From positions 23,001 to 82,876 of the forward strand of contig CAYWAT010000001.1 of NCBI GenBank assembly GCA_964456305.1: a stretch of 59,876 nt of DNA, in the 5' to 3' direction. Each line of letters starts with the position of its first letter. The stretch's first letter is position 1. The notes under the pieces are model-generated. The model ran no database searches, had not been told where the DNA came from, and saw only the letters and a program-made list of their open reading frames with translations. The translations under genes and the position numbers were made by a program. This DNA is from an uncultured Polyangiales bacterium (GTDB lineage Bacteria > Myxococcota_A > Polyangia > Polyangiales > CAYWAT01). Shown in pieces: positions 25,350-34,163 of this stretch.

Positions 25350-27979
25350 ACACCAAGGATCAGGATACCGCCGAGCAGTCGCTATACCAAAGCTACACCT
25401 CAACCTGGGGTATTAGCGCTGCTCGCATTTCCTGCATCCTGACGGGCACGCTCATCCTTATGGGATGGGTGTTGGAGTGGTCTGCGCACCCCGATAAGAT
25501 ATGGGATTTTCTGGTGGTGCGCATCGCCGCAGCCTCGACCGATTTTGCCTTGTTGGGGCTGACTTTTTTGCCGGGTGCCAAGCGTTATTCAAAAGCGCTC
25601 TTTCTCGCGCCGATTTTTGTCGTGGTGATTGCGGTGCAGGTGATGATTCATCGTTTGGGGGGCTATGTTTCGCCCTATTACGCTGGGTTGAATCTTTGCA
25701 TTCTGGGCTTTGCCATCACCGTTACGCTGCCGCTGAAAGAGACCATCATTGTTTGCTGTTCGGTGGTGCTTTGTTGGCTGCTTGGCGGGTTGTTTAACCT
25801 CGATGAGTTTTCCTTTGGCGCCTTTTTTAATAACGTATTCTTTTTGAGTGGCACTGCCGCAATCGCCATTGGCTCGACTTTGATTCGCAATCGGGTCGCG
25901 GAAAAAGAATTCCAGTCTTATTACGAAAACCGGAAATTAACCGAGCTCGACAAGCATAAAGACCACTTCTTCGCCAATGCCTCTCACGAGTTACGAACAC
26001 CGCTGGTATCGTTATCGTCAACGGTACAGATGATGCTTGAAGGCGGTGTGGCTGATCCCACCCAGCATAAGTTACTCGTATCTAGCCAAGAGGCGCTCGA
26101 GGATATGCTGGAAAACGTCAATGATATTTTGCTCAAAACGCGGGCAAGAAAAGGTACCCTCGATGCGCGTTGGGCGCAGATTCAAGTAGCTTCTTTTATC
26201 GATCGCTCCCTGTCGGTCTTTCGACCTTTGGTTAAAAAGCGAAACATCGAGCTCGTCTTTCACAGTGGGGTAGAAGACGAGCTAAGTGCTTATGTAGACC
26301 GGCGTCATCTCAAAAAGATCGTCAATAATCTTTTGGGTAATGCCATCAAGTTTACTGAGCGCGGCAAGATTGAAGTGACCTTGTCTGCGGATGCCAAAGT
26401 TTGGCGCCTTAGCGTGAAGGATACCGGCAAAGGCATTCCGGAAAGAGACCTGCCGATGATTTTCGATCCTTTTGTGCAGGCCAGCAATAATGAGCAACGC
26501 GAAGTACAAGGCACAGGTCTGGGCTTGTCGCTTGTCAAAGACTTGGTCGAACTGCATCAAGGGCGCATCGACGTAAGCAGTGTGTTGGGAGAGGGTAGCT
26601 GTTTTACGGTGACGTTGCCTCTAGGTGATGCACACGTCGACTTCGCCAAGCTCGATGCCTCCGATGTGGCTGACGAACAAGACGAGCGGGTGAATCTCAA
26701 GCTACGCGCGAAAGAGGACGTCGATTTGAGCCCCTTTGCTAAGCATGAGCTGGGTTTGCCTAATTTGCTCATCGTCGAAGACAATCCCCAGGTTCTACAG
26801 GTTCTTGCCTATGCATTGCTGGGCAAATACAACCTCAACTTTGCTTGGGATGGGCAAGAGGGGCTTGAGCGTATGCGTGAGCTCAACCCCGACCTGGTCA
26901 TCAGCGATATTATGATGCCGCGCAAAAACGGCTATCAGCTTGCCGAGGAGATGAAGCAGGACCCACAACTTCGTAAGATTCCGCTGATTTTATTGACCTC
27001 TAAGGTAGAAAAAGACGCGCGCATTTTGGGCTTTAAAAAAGGCGCTGATGAATATCTGTCAAAGCCCTTTAATCATCAAGAAGTGCACACACGCATAGAA
27101 GGCCTGTTAGCGCGCAAGAAAATCGAAGCCGAAGCGATTCATGCCGAAAAGCTAGTGTCGATTGGTCAGATGGCGGCGGGAATTGCCCATGAAATTAACA
27201 ATCCCATTAGCTGCATTAACAGTGCTGCCCCGATGATGACAAAAATTATCGACAAAATGGTGGCTAAAGGACTGGAAAGTAACAAAGAAGTAGATTTGAT
27301 GCGTGAGTGTCTCGAGGATATCTCTGAGAGTGGGCGTCGTGTTTATGAGCTAACCTCGGCCTTGAAAGGGCATATTCACCCTGGTTCGGACCGTTTCGAG
27401 ACACAGGATATTCACCCTGACTTAGACCGCACGCTGCGTATTCTTAAGTCGGCTAATAACGTTCCGAATATCGAATTCCAAACAGACTATCAGCTCTCAA
27501 GCCATGTTTCTTGTCAGGTGGGTCATCTCAATCAAGTCTGGATGAACCTGATGCAAAATGCGGTTGATGCGATGGAAAACGCACGTGCTAAGCGCGATCA
27601 AGAAAGTCATGAAGAACGCAACTCTCGCATTGTTGTTCGTACCTATGAAGATGCCAATTTTGCCTTTGTTTGTATCGAAGATAACGGTCCTGGAATCCCC
27701 CTGCACTTACAGGAGAGGATTTTTGATCTGTTTTTCACCACCAAGCGTTTGGGCAAAGGTACAGGTATGGGACTTTACATGTGCAAGCGCATTATTGAGG
27801 AGCATGGTGGGTCTTTGTCCCTCGAGAGTGATGCAAGCACGGGTACGCGTTTTATTGCGCAGCTACCCTTGAATGTAGCCGATGACCGGTACCAGAGGAG
27901 CGATGTGGTTTTGAATCAGACAACGGTGGATAACCTGAAATCTGTCCAATATCCCCATGTTGTGTCATCCTACGACTAG
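25346..27979 (+). CDS. polytopic membrane sensor with two complete kinase cores separated by a receiver (TM6-HisKA-HATPase-REC-HisKA-HATPase)
   Basis: About six closely spaced hydrophobic helices have no sizeable periplasmic loop. Kinase 1 has H-box SHELRTPL, N-box LLGNAIKF, and the DTGKGI and GTGLGLSLV G-boxes. The receiver has LLIVEDNPQ..LVISDIMMPRKNG..SKP. Kinase 2 has H-box AAGIAHEINNPIS, N-box LMQNAVDA, and the DNGPGI and GTGMGLYMC G-boxes. The start overlaps the upstream stop (ATGA). Confidence 0.85.
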   Translation: MNTKDQDTAEQSLYQSYTSTWGISAARISCILTGTLILMGWVLEWSAHPDKIWDFLVVRIAAASTDFALLGLTFLPGAKRYSKALFLAPIFVVVIAVQVMIHRLGGYVSPYYAGLNLCILGFAITVTLPLKETIIVCCSVVLCWLLGGLFNLDEFSFGAFFNNVFFLSGTAAIAIGSTLIRNRVAEKEFQSYYENRKLTELDKHKDHFFANASHELRTPLVSLSSTVQMMLEGGVADPTQHKLLVSSQEALEDMLENVNDILLKTRARKGTLDARWAQIQVASFIDRSLSVFRPLVKKRNIELVFHSGVEDELSAYVDRRHLKKIVNNLLGNAIKFTERGKIEVTLSADAKVWRLSVKDTGKGIPERDLPMIFDPFVQASNNEQREVQGTGLGLSLVKDLVELHQGRIDVSSVLGEGSCFTVTLPLGDAHVDFAKLDASDVADEQDERVNLKLRAKEDVDLSPFAKHELGLPNLLIVEDNPQVLQVLAYALLGKYNLNFAWDGQEGLERMRELNPDLVISDIMMPRKNGYQLAEEMKQDPQLRKIPLILLTSKVEKDARILGFKKGADEYLSKPFNHQEVHTRIEGLLARKKIEAEAIHAEKLVSIGQMAAGIAHEINNPISCINSAAPMMTKIIDKMVAKGLESNKEVDLMRECLEDISESGRRVYELTSALKGHIHPGSDRFETQDIHPDLDRTLRILKSANNVPNIEFQTDYQLSSHVSCQVGHLNQVWMNLMQNAVDAMENARAKRDQESHEERNSRIVVRTYEDANFAFVCIEDNGPGIPLHLQERIFDLFFTTKRLGKGTGMGLYMCKRIIEEHGGSLSLESDASTGTRFIAQLPLNVADDRYQRSDVVLNQTTVDNLKSVQYPHVVSSYD

Positions 27980-29275
27980 GTGGAATACGAAGCCATGCCC
28001 ACACAAAACGACCCCGTTCAATCGCAGTTAAGACCGACGTCGAAGCAAATTCCTACCTGGCGTGAGTATCTCATTCTGCTGGTCGACGATGACTTGCAGG
28101 TCTTACGCCAGTTGCGCCGTGTGTTGGAAATCGAGGGGGAGTTTAATGTCATCACAGCGAATAGCGCTGAGGAGGGCCTTGATCTCATCAAAAACCAACC
28201 CATTAAGCTCGTGATTTCTGACCAAAAAATGGAGCCAGGTATGGGTGGCGTGGAGTTTCTGGCGAAGGTCAAAGAGATCAATCCGGACATTCTTACCGCT
28301 ATTTTATCAGCCTATTCAGAACCCGAACTTATTCTTAAGTCGGTTAATGATTCAGGCGCGTTCCAATACATGGTCAAGCCATGGAATGATGACGAGCTCA
28401 TCATGAAGGTGGACCAGTGCCTGCAGTATTACCAAGCCCAGTCGCAGATACGCAAAATGGCAAAAGCCAATCAAGAGCTGGTCGCGCGCTTGGCCACGCA
28501 AGAGAAGTTTTCCCTGATGGGTGGCTTAAGTACCACTCTTTACACGCGTTTTTTTCATGCCCTGCGTTATGCCTACAAGTGCTCACAAAAAAGGTTGAGC
28601 AAGCTCAAGTCAGGATCCGATGAAGAGACGCGTGAGCAGTTTGCTCGTGAGAGCCTCTGTGGCATGAGCATGGCGTTGTCGCAGTTTCGTCTAATGGCTG
28701 AGGTATACAACCAAAAGCCTTACTTTGAGCAAGCCGACCTCAATTGTGTGATCAGCGACTGCATTGAAGAGGGCGTCGAAAAAGCCAAGTTGCAGGCTAA
28801 TATCGAGATCAAGGTGGAGCAGGATATCAGCGAGCTACCCAATCTTTGGATCGACCGCGAGCTTTTTGTCTGTGCCTTGCGCAGTGTGTTTGAGAATGCT
28901 GTGCGCTTTAATAAGCCCGAAAATCCGCGTATTGTATCGATCACAGCGAAGTGCATTAAGCAGCCGCGTTGGCTGGTTCAGTTGCAGATTCGAGACCACG
29001 GCAAGGGTGTATCTTTGCCGATGGCGGAAAAAGTCTTCGAGCCTTTGCATGGCGCTTCGTCGCCGCCTTCTTTTGAGCATCTGCAGCCCAATGCGTTGGG
29101 GGCCTATAACTTTACGCCCTACAATCACGTGGGGCTTGGGCTTACAGTCGCGCGCTGGTGCTTGGCGCGACACGAGGGAACCCTAGAGCTCCTCAACCCA
29201 GGCGAAGCAGGTGCAATCTTTCAAATCGAGCTACCCATGGTGCTCTCAAAAGTTGCCGATCAGGTAGGCGTATAA
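27980..29275 (+). CDS. receiver domain fused to a kinase-like HATPase domain with degenerate H-box (PhcR-like architecture)
   Basis: REC: LILLVDDDLQV..LVISDQKMEPGMGG..VKPW. The C-terminal half has an N-box-like FENAVRFN, DHGKGV and GLGLTVA. The dimerisation/His region (GGLSTTLYTRFFHALRYAYK) lacks a canonical H-E-x-x-x-P-L box. The GTG start immediately follows the upstream stop; ATG 27995 is an alternative. Confidence 0.75.
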   Translation: MEYEAMPTQNDPVQSQLRPTSKQIPTWREYLILLVDDDLQVLRQLRRVLEIEGEFNVITANSAEEGLDLIKNQPIKLVISDQKMEPGMGGVEFLAKVKEINPDILTAILSAYSEPELILKSVNDSGAFQYMVKPWNDDELIMKVDQCLQYYQAQSQIRKMAKANQELVARLATQEKFSLMGGLSTTLYTRFFHALRYAYKCSQKRLSKLKSGSDEETREQFARESLCGMSMALSQFRLMAEVYNQKPYFEQADLNCVISDCIEEGVEKAKLQANIEIKVEQDISELPNLWIDRELFVCALRSVFENAVRFNKPENPRIVSITAKCIKQPRWLVQLQIRDHGKGVSLPMAEKVFEPLHGASSPPSFEHLQPNALGAYNFTPYNHVGLGLTVARWCLARHEGTLELLNPGEAGAIFQIELPMVLSKVADQVGV

Positions 29276-29364
29276 AGCAGGGCCAGGATAGGCCTTTGCT
29301 GATGGGGCATCCAGCCGTATAAGGCTTTGAGCAGTTTACTATTTTTCAGCGCTGCCTTTTTATT

Positions 29365-31005
29365 ATGCCTACCGATCCCTCTCTTTCCTCGGGCAACGCT
29401 TGCCTATCCTTTGACGACTTTGCGCTTGATGCGCGTCTTCTTGATGCCACCCGTAGTTTAGGTTTCGATAAACCCACACCTATTCAAGCGCAGTCCATTC
29501 CACATTTGCTTGCGGGCAAAAGCGTCATTGGTCGGGCTCGCACGGGTTCGGGCAAAACCGCTGCTTTTGGTTTGCCCTTGATGAATCTGCTCAAAGAAGG
29601 GAGCAGGTCGGTTCAAGCGTTGATCTTGGCGCCCACACGTGAGCTTGCCCTGCAGGTCAAAAATTCCCTAGCCAGTTATGCCGAGAACTTGCCTGTCGAT
29701 GTTGTGGCTATTTATGGCGGCGCCCCTTACGGTCCTCAGCTCCAGGCGCTGCGCCGTGGTGTCAGTGTAGTGGTGGGAACACCCGGTCGGGTGATCGATC
29801 ATCTTGAGCGTGGCTCCCTGGACTTGTCTCAGGTTAAGTTGCTGGTGCTCGATGAAGCTGACGAGATGCTGCGCATGGGATTTGTTGATGCGGTCACGCG
29901 TATCTTTGATGCTACCCCTGACAATCGCCAGGTGGCTTTGTTTTCTGCAACCATGCCGCAGCCCATCAAGAAAATCGCGCAGCGTTATATGTCAGCGCCC
30001 CTGGAAGTGCAGGTTGAGGAGCAGGCGTTAAGCACGGCGCATATCGAGCAGTTTTATGTGCTGTTGTCGCAGTCTCATAAAGCCGATGCGTTATTGAGAA
30101 TTCTCGGCGCTCAAGATTGGGAGACCGCCATTATTTTTGCCAAGACTAAGGTAGCCTGTGCAGAGGTGATGGACTTGCTGCGCACACACGGCTTTGCTGT
30201 GGAGGCACTGCACGGGGACTTGAATCAGGACGCGCGTGAGGGTGTTCTGAAGCGTATCCGTGCCAAACGTTCCAACGTTTTGGTGGCGACCGATGTGGCG
30301 GCTAGAGGTCTTGATGTGGATCACATCACCCATGTGATTAATCTCAGCCTGCCCATGGATCAGGAAACCTATGTGCATCGTATAGGTCGCACGGGGCGAG
30401 CAGGGCGCAAGGGCACTGCAGTTACTTTCGTGACTGCTGCGGAGAGGCGTAAGCTGCATTCTCTTAGAAAAGCGCTGTCTCTGGAGCTGAAGCATTTTCC
30501 TTTGCCCTCCGATGCGCAGGTCGCTGAGTACAAAGCTGATAAGGTTCATCAACGCATCATGGCTTCTGTTGAGAATGCCTCCTCATCCTCGACGATGCTG
30601 CGTGATCGCAGCCAGCGTCTTTTGGCAGAGTGCTCGCCTGATGTATTGGTGGGAGCTTGCCTGCGGATCTTAGGCAAGCAGACCGGCTTGGATTTCGATC
30701 GCGACCATAGTGCCGACCCCCCTGCCTGGAGTCAGGAGCAAGATGGTTTGGGTGAAGGCAATAGAGTGTCACGTCGAGGCGGCGCGGTACATCGACGCTC
30801 ACCCAAGGCAAAAAAAGCAGGTCATGCACGTAAAGGGTCGGGACCTGCATGGAAAACAAAAACACGTGCTAAACCCAGCGATGCGAATCCCAAAGCCAAA
30901 CCCATACGCTTCAAAAAAACCGCCAAGAAAAAAGTTCAAACCACCCATAAGTCAAAAACCTCGAGGGTGGTCAGGAAGCGCATCGTGACTCCCAAGAAGG
31001 GCTAG
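29365..31005 (+). CDS. DEAD-box ATP-dependent RNA helicase with basic C-terminal tail
   Basis: Q-motif region (FDDF..GFDKPTPIQ), Walker A ARTGSGKT, PTRELA, the DEAD box (VLDEADEML), SAT, and HRIGRTGRAG. The C-terminus is Lys/Arg-rich. Confidence 0.92.
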   Translation: MPTDPSLSSGNACLSFDDFALDARLLDATRSLGFDKPTPIQAQSIPHLLAGKSVIGRARTGSGKTAAFGLPLMNLLKEGSRSVQALILAPTRELALQVKNSLASYAENLPVDVVAIYGGAPYGPQLQALRRGVSVVVGTPGRVIDHLERGSLDLSQVKLLVLDEADEMLRMGFVDAVTRIFDATPDNRQVALFSATMPQPIKKIAQRYMSAPLEVQVEEQALSTAHIEQFYVLLSQSHKADALLRILGAQDWETAIIFAKTKVACAEVMDLLRTHGFAVEALHGDLNQDAREGVLKRIRAKRSNVLVATDVAARGLDVDHITHVINLSLPMDQETYVHRIGRTGRAGRKGTAVTFVTAAERRKLHSLRKALSLELKHFPLPSDAQVAEYKADKVHQRIMASVENASSSSTMLRDRSQRLLAECSPDVLVGACLRILGKQTGLDFDRDHSADPPAWSQEQDGLGEGNRVSRRGGAVHRRSPKAKKAGHARKGSGPAWKTKTRAKPSDANPKAKPIRFKKTAKKKVQTTHKSKTSRVVRKRIVTPKKG

Positions 31006-31189
31006 GTCGCTCTCAATTTGCTTTGAGCCTGAGCGTGCCCGGACCGCAGCGACGAAGGCGTATTAAAGATACGTCGACCTCCGGCTCTGCCGCACTCTGC
31101 TGCCCTGCTTCCGCAGGCGCTTGCCTCGCTCGCACGCATCGTGAGGACCGGCCGAAAGCCAGGATCAGAGTGAAGTGAGAGCGAGCCAG
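31002..31189 (+). repeat. MITE-like palindromic element, long form, copy A (188 nt)
   Basis: It is about 90 percent identical by eye to 46460..46647 and shares both about 45-nt arms with 45865..45993 and with the reverse complement of 55396..55523. The termini are inverted (CTAGGTCGCTCTCA ... TGAGAGCGAGCCAG). It fills the whole gap between two convergent stop codons (31003-31005 and 31192-31194). Confidence 0.85.
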
Positions 31190-31191
31190 AC

Positions 31192-32859
31192 TTAAATCTC
31201 GAAGGGTCCAAAGTGGGGTTGCCAGCGTAGAAAAAGAGCGACGGTATGGGCCCGAAAGTCGTAATCGGCGAGTGTACCTATGGTGCCGAGGTCGGTGTTC
31301 AACAGCTCCGAGGCGTTGAGCACAAAATCATAACGCAGGTCCACAAAGAGCTCGGCAAATACACGAACGCTAAGCTCGATATTGGTGCTGAATCGCAGAT
31401 CGCGACGTCTCGCTTCCCCTGTGCGCAATCTGCTCTCATTCGCCAAAATCCAGCCTTGCGAGAAGGTGTCCCGGTAAAAACGCCAGCTGAGCCCTAAGGT
31501 TGAACTTAGACGAATCCGGTTAGCCCAGCGCAGATGAAGATGCAGATCGGCTGTGGGGGCATCGTAAGCTAAAGGGACGCTCAAAAAGGGGGTGCAACGG
31601 TTGGCGCAAAGGCGCCCAACCAAATCGCTTGTGTTGCCGGGGTCAATCGTGTCGCTTTGGGTGCCTTGGGTGTAGCTATGATAAGCGATGCCAAGACCCA
31701 CCGACGCGCGTGTGTTTCCTTGGCTGTCCCAGTGATAGAGCTGGCGTAGGCCGACACTGATGCGATGTCCGCGCAGAAAGGCAAAGTCGATGTTGAGATC
31801 GCGTACTCCCATTGCCGATAAGCTTAGGTCGCTTTGCCAGTGATCATCGGGGAGAAACTGCAACGCTAAGCGAGAGCCTCCTTCGATACTCGCTGCTGTG
31901 AAGGTACGCAGACCGCCGAAGGTGAGAGTGCCGAGCAGCTCTGCGTGCATGGATAGTGTGGACGAGAGTGCGTAGCGAAGTCCGGTGCTGAGTGACTGGA
32001 GCTGCAAGCTAAACGCGTCGAAACGCTGTTGTGGGTAGATACGTTGAGATATTCCGTAGCGCAGTTCCCACTGGCTTTGCGAGCTGAGCTTGCGGTAGAG
32101 GGATAGAGCGAGTGATACGCTCGCCAAACCACCGCCTGAAGAGTTATCATCGTCGATAAGGCCAGCGTTTCCTGAAAGCCCTACTTGGCTGACATTGCTG
32201 TCGTAACCGCCGCCCATCTCGGCGAATAATCCTAGTGACCAAGGGCCTTGCTTGGTTTTTGTATCGTGCTCCGAGGAAGTCGTGGCGTCTGATTCTGCGG
32301 TATCAGCGTTTTCATCCGTTCTTGTGCTTTGCAATTCGTCGTCGACGGTTTGCCACAGCGTCTTGAGCGTTGGCTTGGCAAAGGCTGCATCTTTTGTCTT
32401 TTGCAGGAGACGTTGCGCCTCTTTGTGCTGGTCTAAGATAAGATGGATCTCTGCGATACGCAGCTGTGCAAGAAGGCGCATGTCTGGGTCGAGCGCCGCC
32501 GTTTTCTCAAAGGCATGTTTAGCTTGAGAGTATTGGCCAAGTTCAAGCAAACAAGAGCCTCGGTTGTAATGAATGCGTCCTGGCGCAACCGTTGGGTTGT
32601 CAGCAAGGGCCTTTTCAAAGAGCGCCAGCGCATTGGCGTAGTCGCCCTTTTCGAATGATTGAACCGCAGCGTTTATCGTGTCTGGTGCATTGTTATCCTG
32701 AGCGACCGAGCCCTCATCCGTCTCTGCGGATTTGCTTTCACCCTCGGGTGCAGCGGGTTCTTCGTACTGTTGAGCGTTCCCTTTTATTGGGCACAAGGTA
32801 AACGCACCCAGCACCAACAGTTTAAGCGTGCAGATGAAACGATATGTGTAGCCTATCAT
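31192..32859 (-). CDS. TPR-repeat plus beta-barrel outer-membrane protein
   Basis: Signal peptide (LKLLVLGAFTLCPIKGNAQQ) and TPR-like repeats (FEKGDYANALALFEKALADNP.., LELGQYSQAKHAFEKTAALDP..). A roughly 330-aa C-terminal region has alternating strand patterns and frequent aromatic residues. It is the last gene of the ECF sigma operon. Confidence 0.55.
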   Translation of the reverse strand: MIGYTYRFICTLKLLVLGAFTLCPIKGNAQQYEEPAAPEGESKSAETDEGSVAQDNNAPDTINAAVQSFEKGDYANALALFEKALADNPTVAPGRIHYNRGSCLLELGQYSQAKHAFEKTAALDPDMRLLAQLRIAEIHLILDQHKEAQRLLQKTKDAAFAKPTLKTLWQTVDDELQSTRTDENADTAESDATTSSEHDTKTKQGPWSLGLFAEMGGGYDSNVSQVGLSGNAGLIDDDNSSGGGLASVSLALSLYRKLSSQSQWELRYGISQRIYPQQRFDAFSLQLQSLSTGLRYALSSTLSMHAELLGTLTFGGLRTFTAASIEGGSRLALQFLPDDHWQSDLSLSAMGVRDLNIDFAFLRGHRISVGLRQLYHWDSQGNTRASVGLGIAYHSYTQGTQSDTIDPGNTSDLVGRLCANRCTPFLSVPLAYDAPTADLHLHLRWANRIRLSSTLGLSWRFYRDTFSQGWILANESRLRTGEARRRDLRFSTNIELSVRVFAELFVDLRYDFVLNASELLNTDLGTIGTLADYDFRAHTVALFLRWQPHFGPFEI

Positions 32860-32871
32860 CGCTAGCTAATT

Positions 32872-33393
32872 CTAGCGTGCCCTCATGGGTCGGCGAACAG
32901 CCCCTGATCTTACCGGTCGACGTTCCCGCATTCTGCGCTGCATCGCTCCGGATTCTCGCTGTCTTCTGTCTGTGTTGTCTAGCCCGGGACGTCGTCTTTG
33001 CATACCCCTGTCAGGTCGTTGTCTGATTGCTCTAAGACGCCTGCCAATGCGCTCGCGTCGCTGTGAGGGATGAAGTTCCCGATACCTGCCGGACCCTCGT
33101 TGGGTACGGACGCGGCTGATGATGTCATCGATGGGCTCATGTGGATCCACGATGCCGATGCGTGATTTGATTTTGAGCTTGCGATACCTGCGTCGATTGC
33201 GGCCTTCGGTGTCAGGGCCTTTGTCTTGGGCGGGTCTTGCATGTACAAGCGGCACTTCTGCGGGTTCTGTGCTTTGGGCTTGTGTTGGGGCGGGGCCTAC
33301 GATGTTCACAAGACAGAGAAGTGCGCCGAGGCAGAGCAATGGTATGAACTCTTTGCCGCTCATGTATTTGGCTATGTGAGCCTTACCCGGCAT
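32872..33393 (-). CDS. secreted, extremely arginine-rich protein, unknown function
   Basis: Signal peptide (FIPLLCLGALLCLVNIVGPAPTQAQS) followed by a sequence dominated by Arg (RNRRRYRKLKIK.., RRERIGRRLRAIRQRPDRGMQRRRPG.., QRRMRERRPVR). The start is uncertain (33417, 33393 or 33363). The coding status rests on operon position and the signal peptide. Confidence 0.45.
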   Translation of the reverse strand: MPGKAHIAKYMSGKEFIPLLCLGALLCLVNIVGPAPTQAQSTEPAEVPLVHARPAQDKGPDTEGRNRRRYRKLKIKSRIGIVDPHEPIDDIISRVRTQRGSGRYRELHPSQRRERIGRRLRAIRQRPDRGMQRRRPGLDNTDRRQRESGAMQRRMRERRPVRSGAVRRPMRAR

Positions 33394-34096
33394 CGTTATT
33401 CTCCGGTGAAACCACATGCAAAATAACCTCGTGAATCAGCGGTTCATCATCCACCCAAGCCGTTGCAAGCACACGGTAGCGACCTTCGTGACTTGCGCGG
33501 ATAGCGGTTACAACTTCGTTGGCGCCCTCCTTTAAAGTGCCTGTCCACGTAAAGCTGGTTTCGGCTAATGCGCGTCCCTCCGACCAAAAGGTTAGGCCTT
33601 CGGGGAGCTCGATATGAAACTCAGCATCTTCGATGGAAACCTCTGAGCGAAACTCGAAGCGAATGAGCGCAACTTTGTCTTTGGGAAGGGTTGTTGCAAC
33701 GGGGGCCTGCTCCTCTGTTTTGACAGTGTCGGACACAGTTGCTTTGTTGGCCTGTGCAGAAGCGTATTGAGCTGATGGACTCGCCTGCGTTTGGAGTTCT
33801 GGTGCGTGTTGGCTGTTAAAAGCTTGGTAGGCGAAAATCGCCATCGCAGCGCTTGCAAAACCCGCCATCGCACCTGTTGCGACGGGGCGATACGCAAGCC
33901 ACTCGCGCAGACCTGCCAAAAAAGGCGGTGGATCGGGCTCGCCAACCTGTCGCAGCGCGCTGCTTAGATTCATCGCAAAGGTATCGGCGTCGGGCTCTGC
34001 TGTTTGACCCAGCTCTGCAAGTTGACGACGGAGCTCGGTTTCTGAGTCCTGGTGTTGGGAGACTGATATGTTGTCCTGCGATGTCACGGCCTTCAC
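33383..34096 (-). CDS. single-pass membrane protein, probable anti-sigma factor
   Basis: It lies immediately downstream of the ECF sigma gene. It has a cytoplasmic N-terminus, one TM helix (GAMAGFASAAMAIFAYQAF) and a periplasmic domain of about 130 aa. There is no HxxxCxxC zinc motif, so the assignment is by position and topology only. GTG start. Confidence 0.45.
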   Translation of the reverse strand: MKAVTSQDNISVSQHQDSETELRRQLAELGQTAEPDADTFAMNLSSALRQVGEPDPPPFLAGLREWLAYRPVATGAMAGFASAAMAIFAYQAFNSQHAPELQTQASPSAQYASAQANKATVSDTVKTEEQAPVATTLPKDKVALIRFEFRSEVSIEDAEFHIELPEGLTFWSEGRALAETSFTWTGTLKEGANEVVTAIRASHEGRYRVLATAWVDDEPLIHEVILHVVSPENNDAG

Positions 34097-34163
34097 TCTA
34101 CCTGTTCTCTTAATAGGACGTAAGCCTGTTCAAAAAAGTTCCCTAGTGCTTGCTATTTATCAC

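Noticed and set aside
17235-29275. Calling this region an enediyne biosynthetic gene cluster.
   Set aside because: Only the PKSE-type synthase is present. I saw no hotdog thioesterase (E10), none of the E3/E4/E5 conserved unknowns, and no oxidoreductases, sugar genes or resistance genes nearby. The architecture alone does not justify an enediyne product.
31002-31211. A 69-aa ORF here and a 63-aa ORF at 46445..46636.
   Set aside because: Both lie inside copies of the repeat element. The frames differ between copies and are broken in the short-form copies, so the element is better explained as non-coding.
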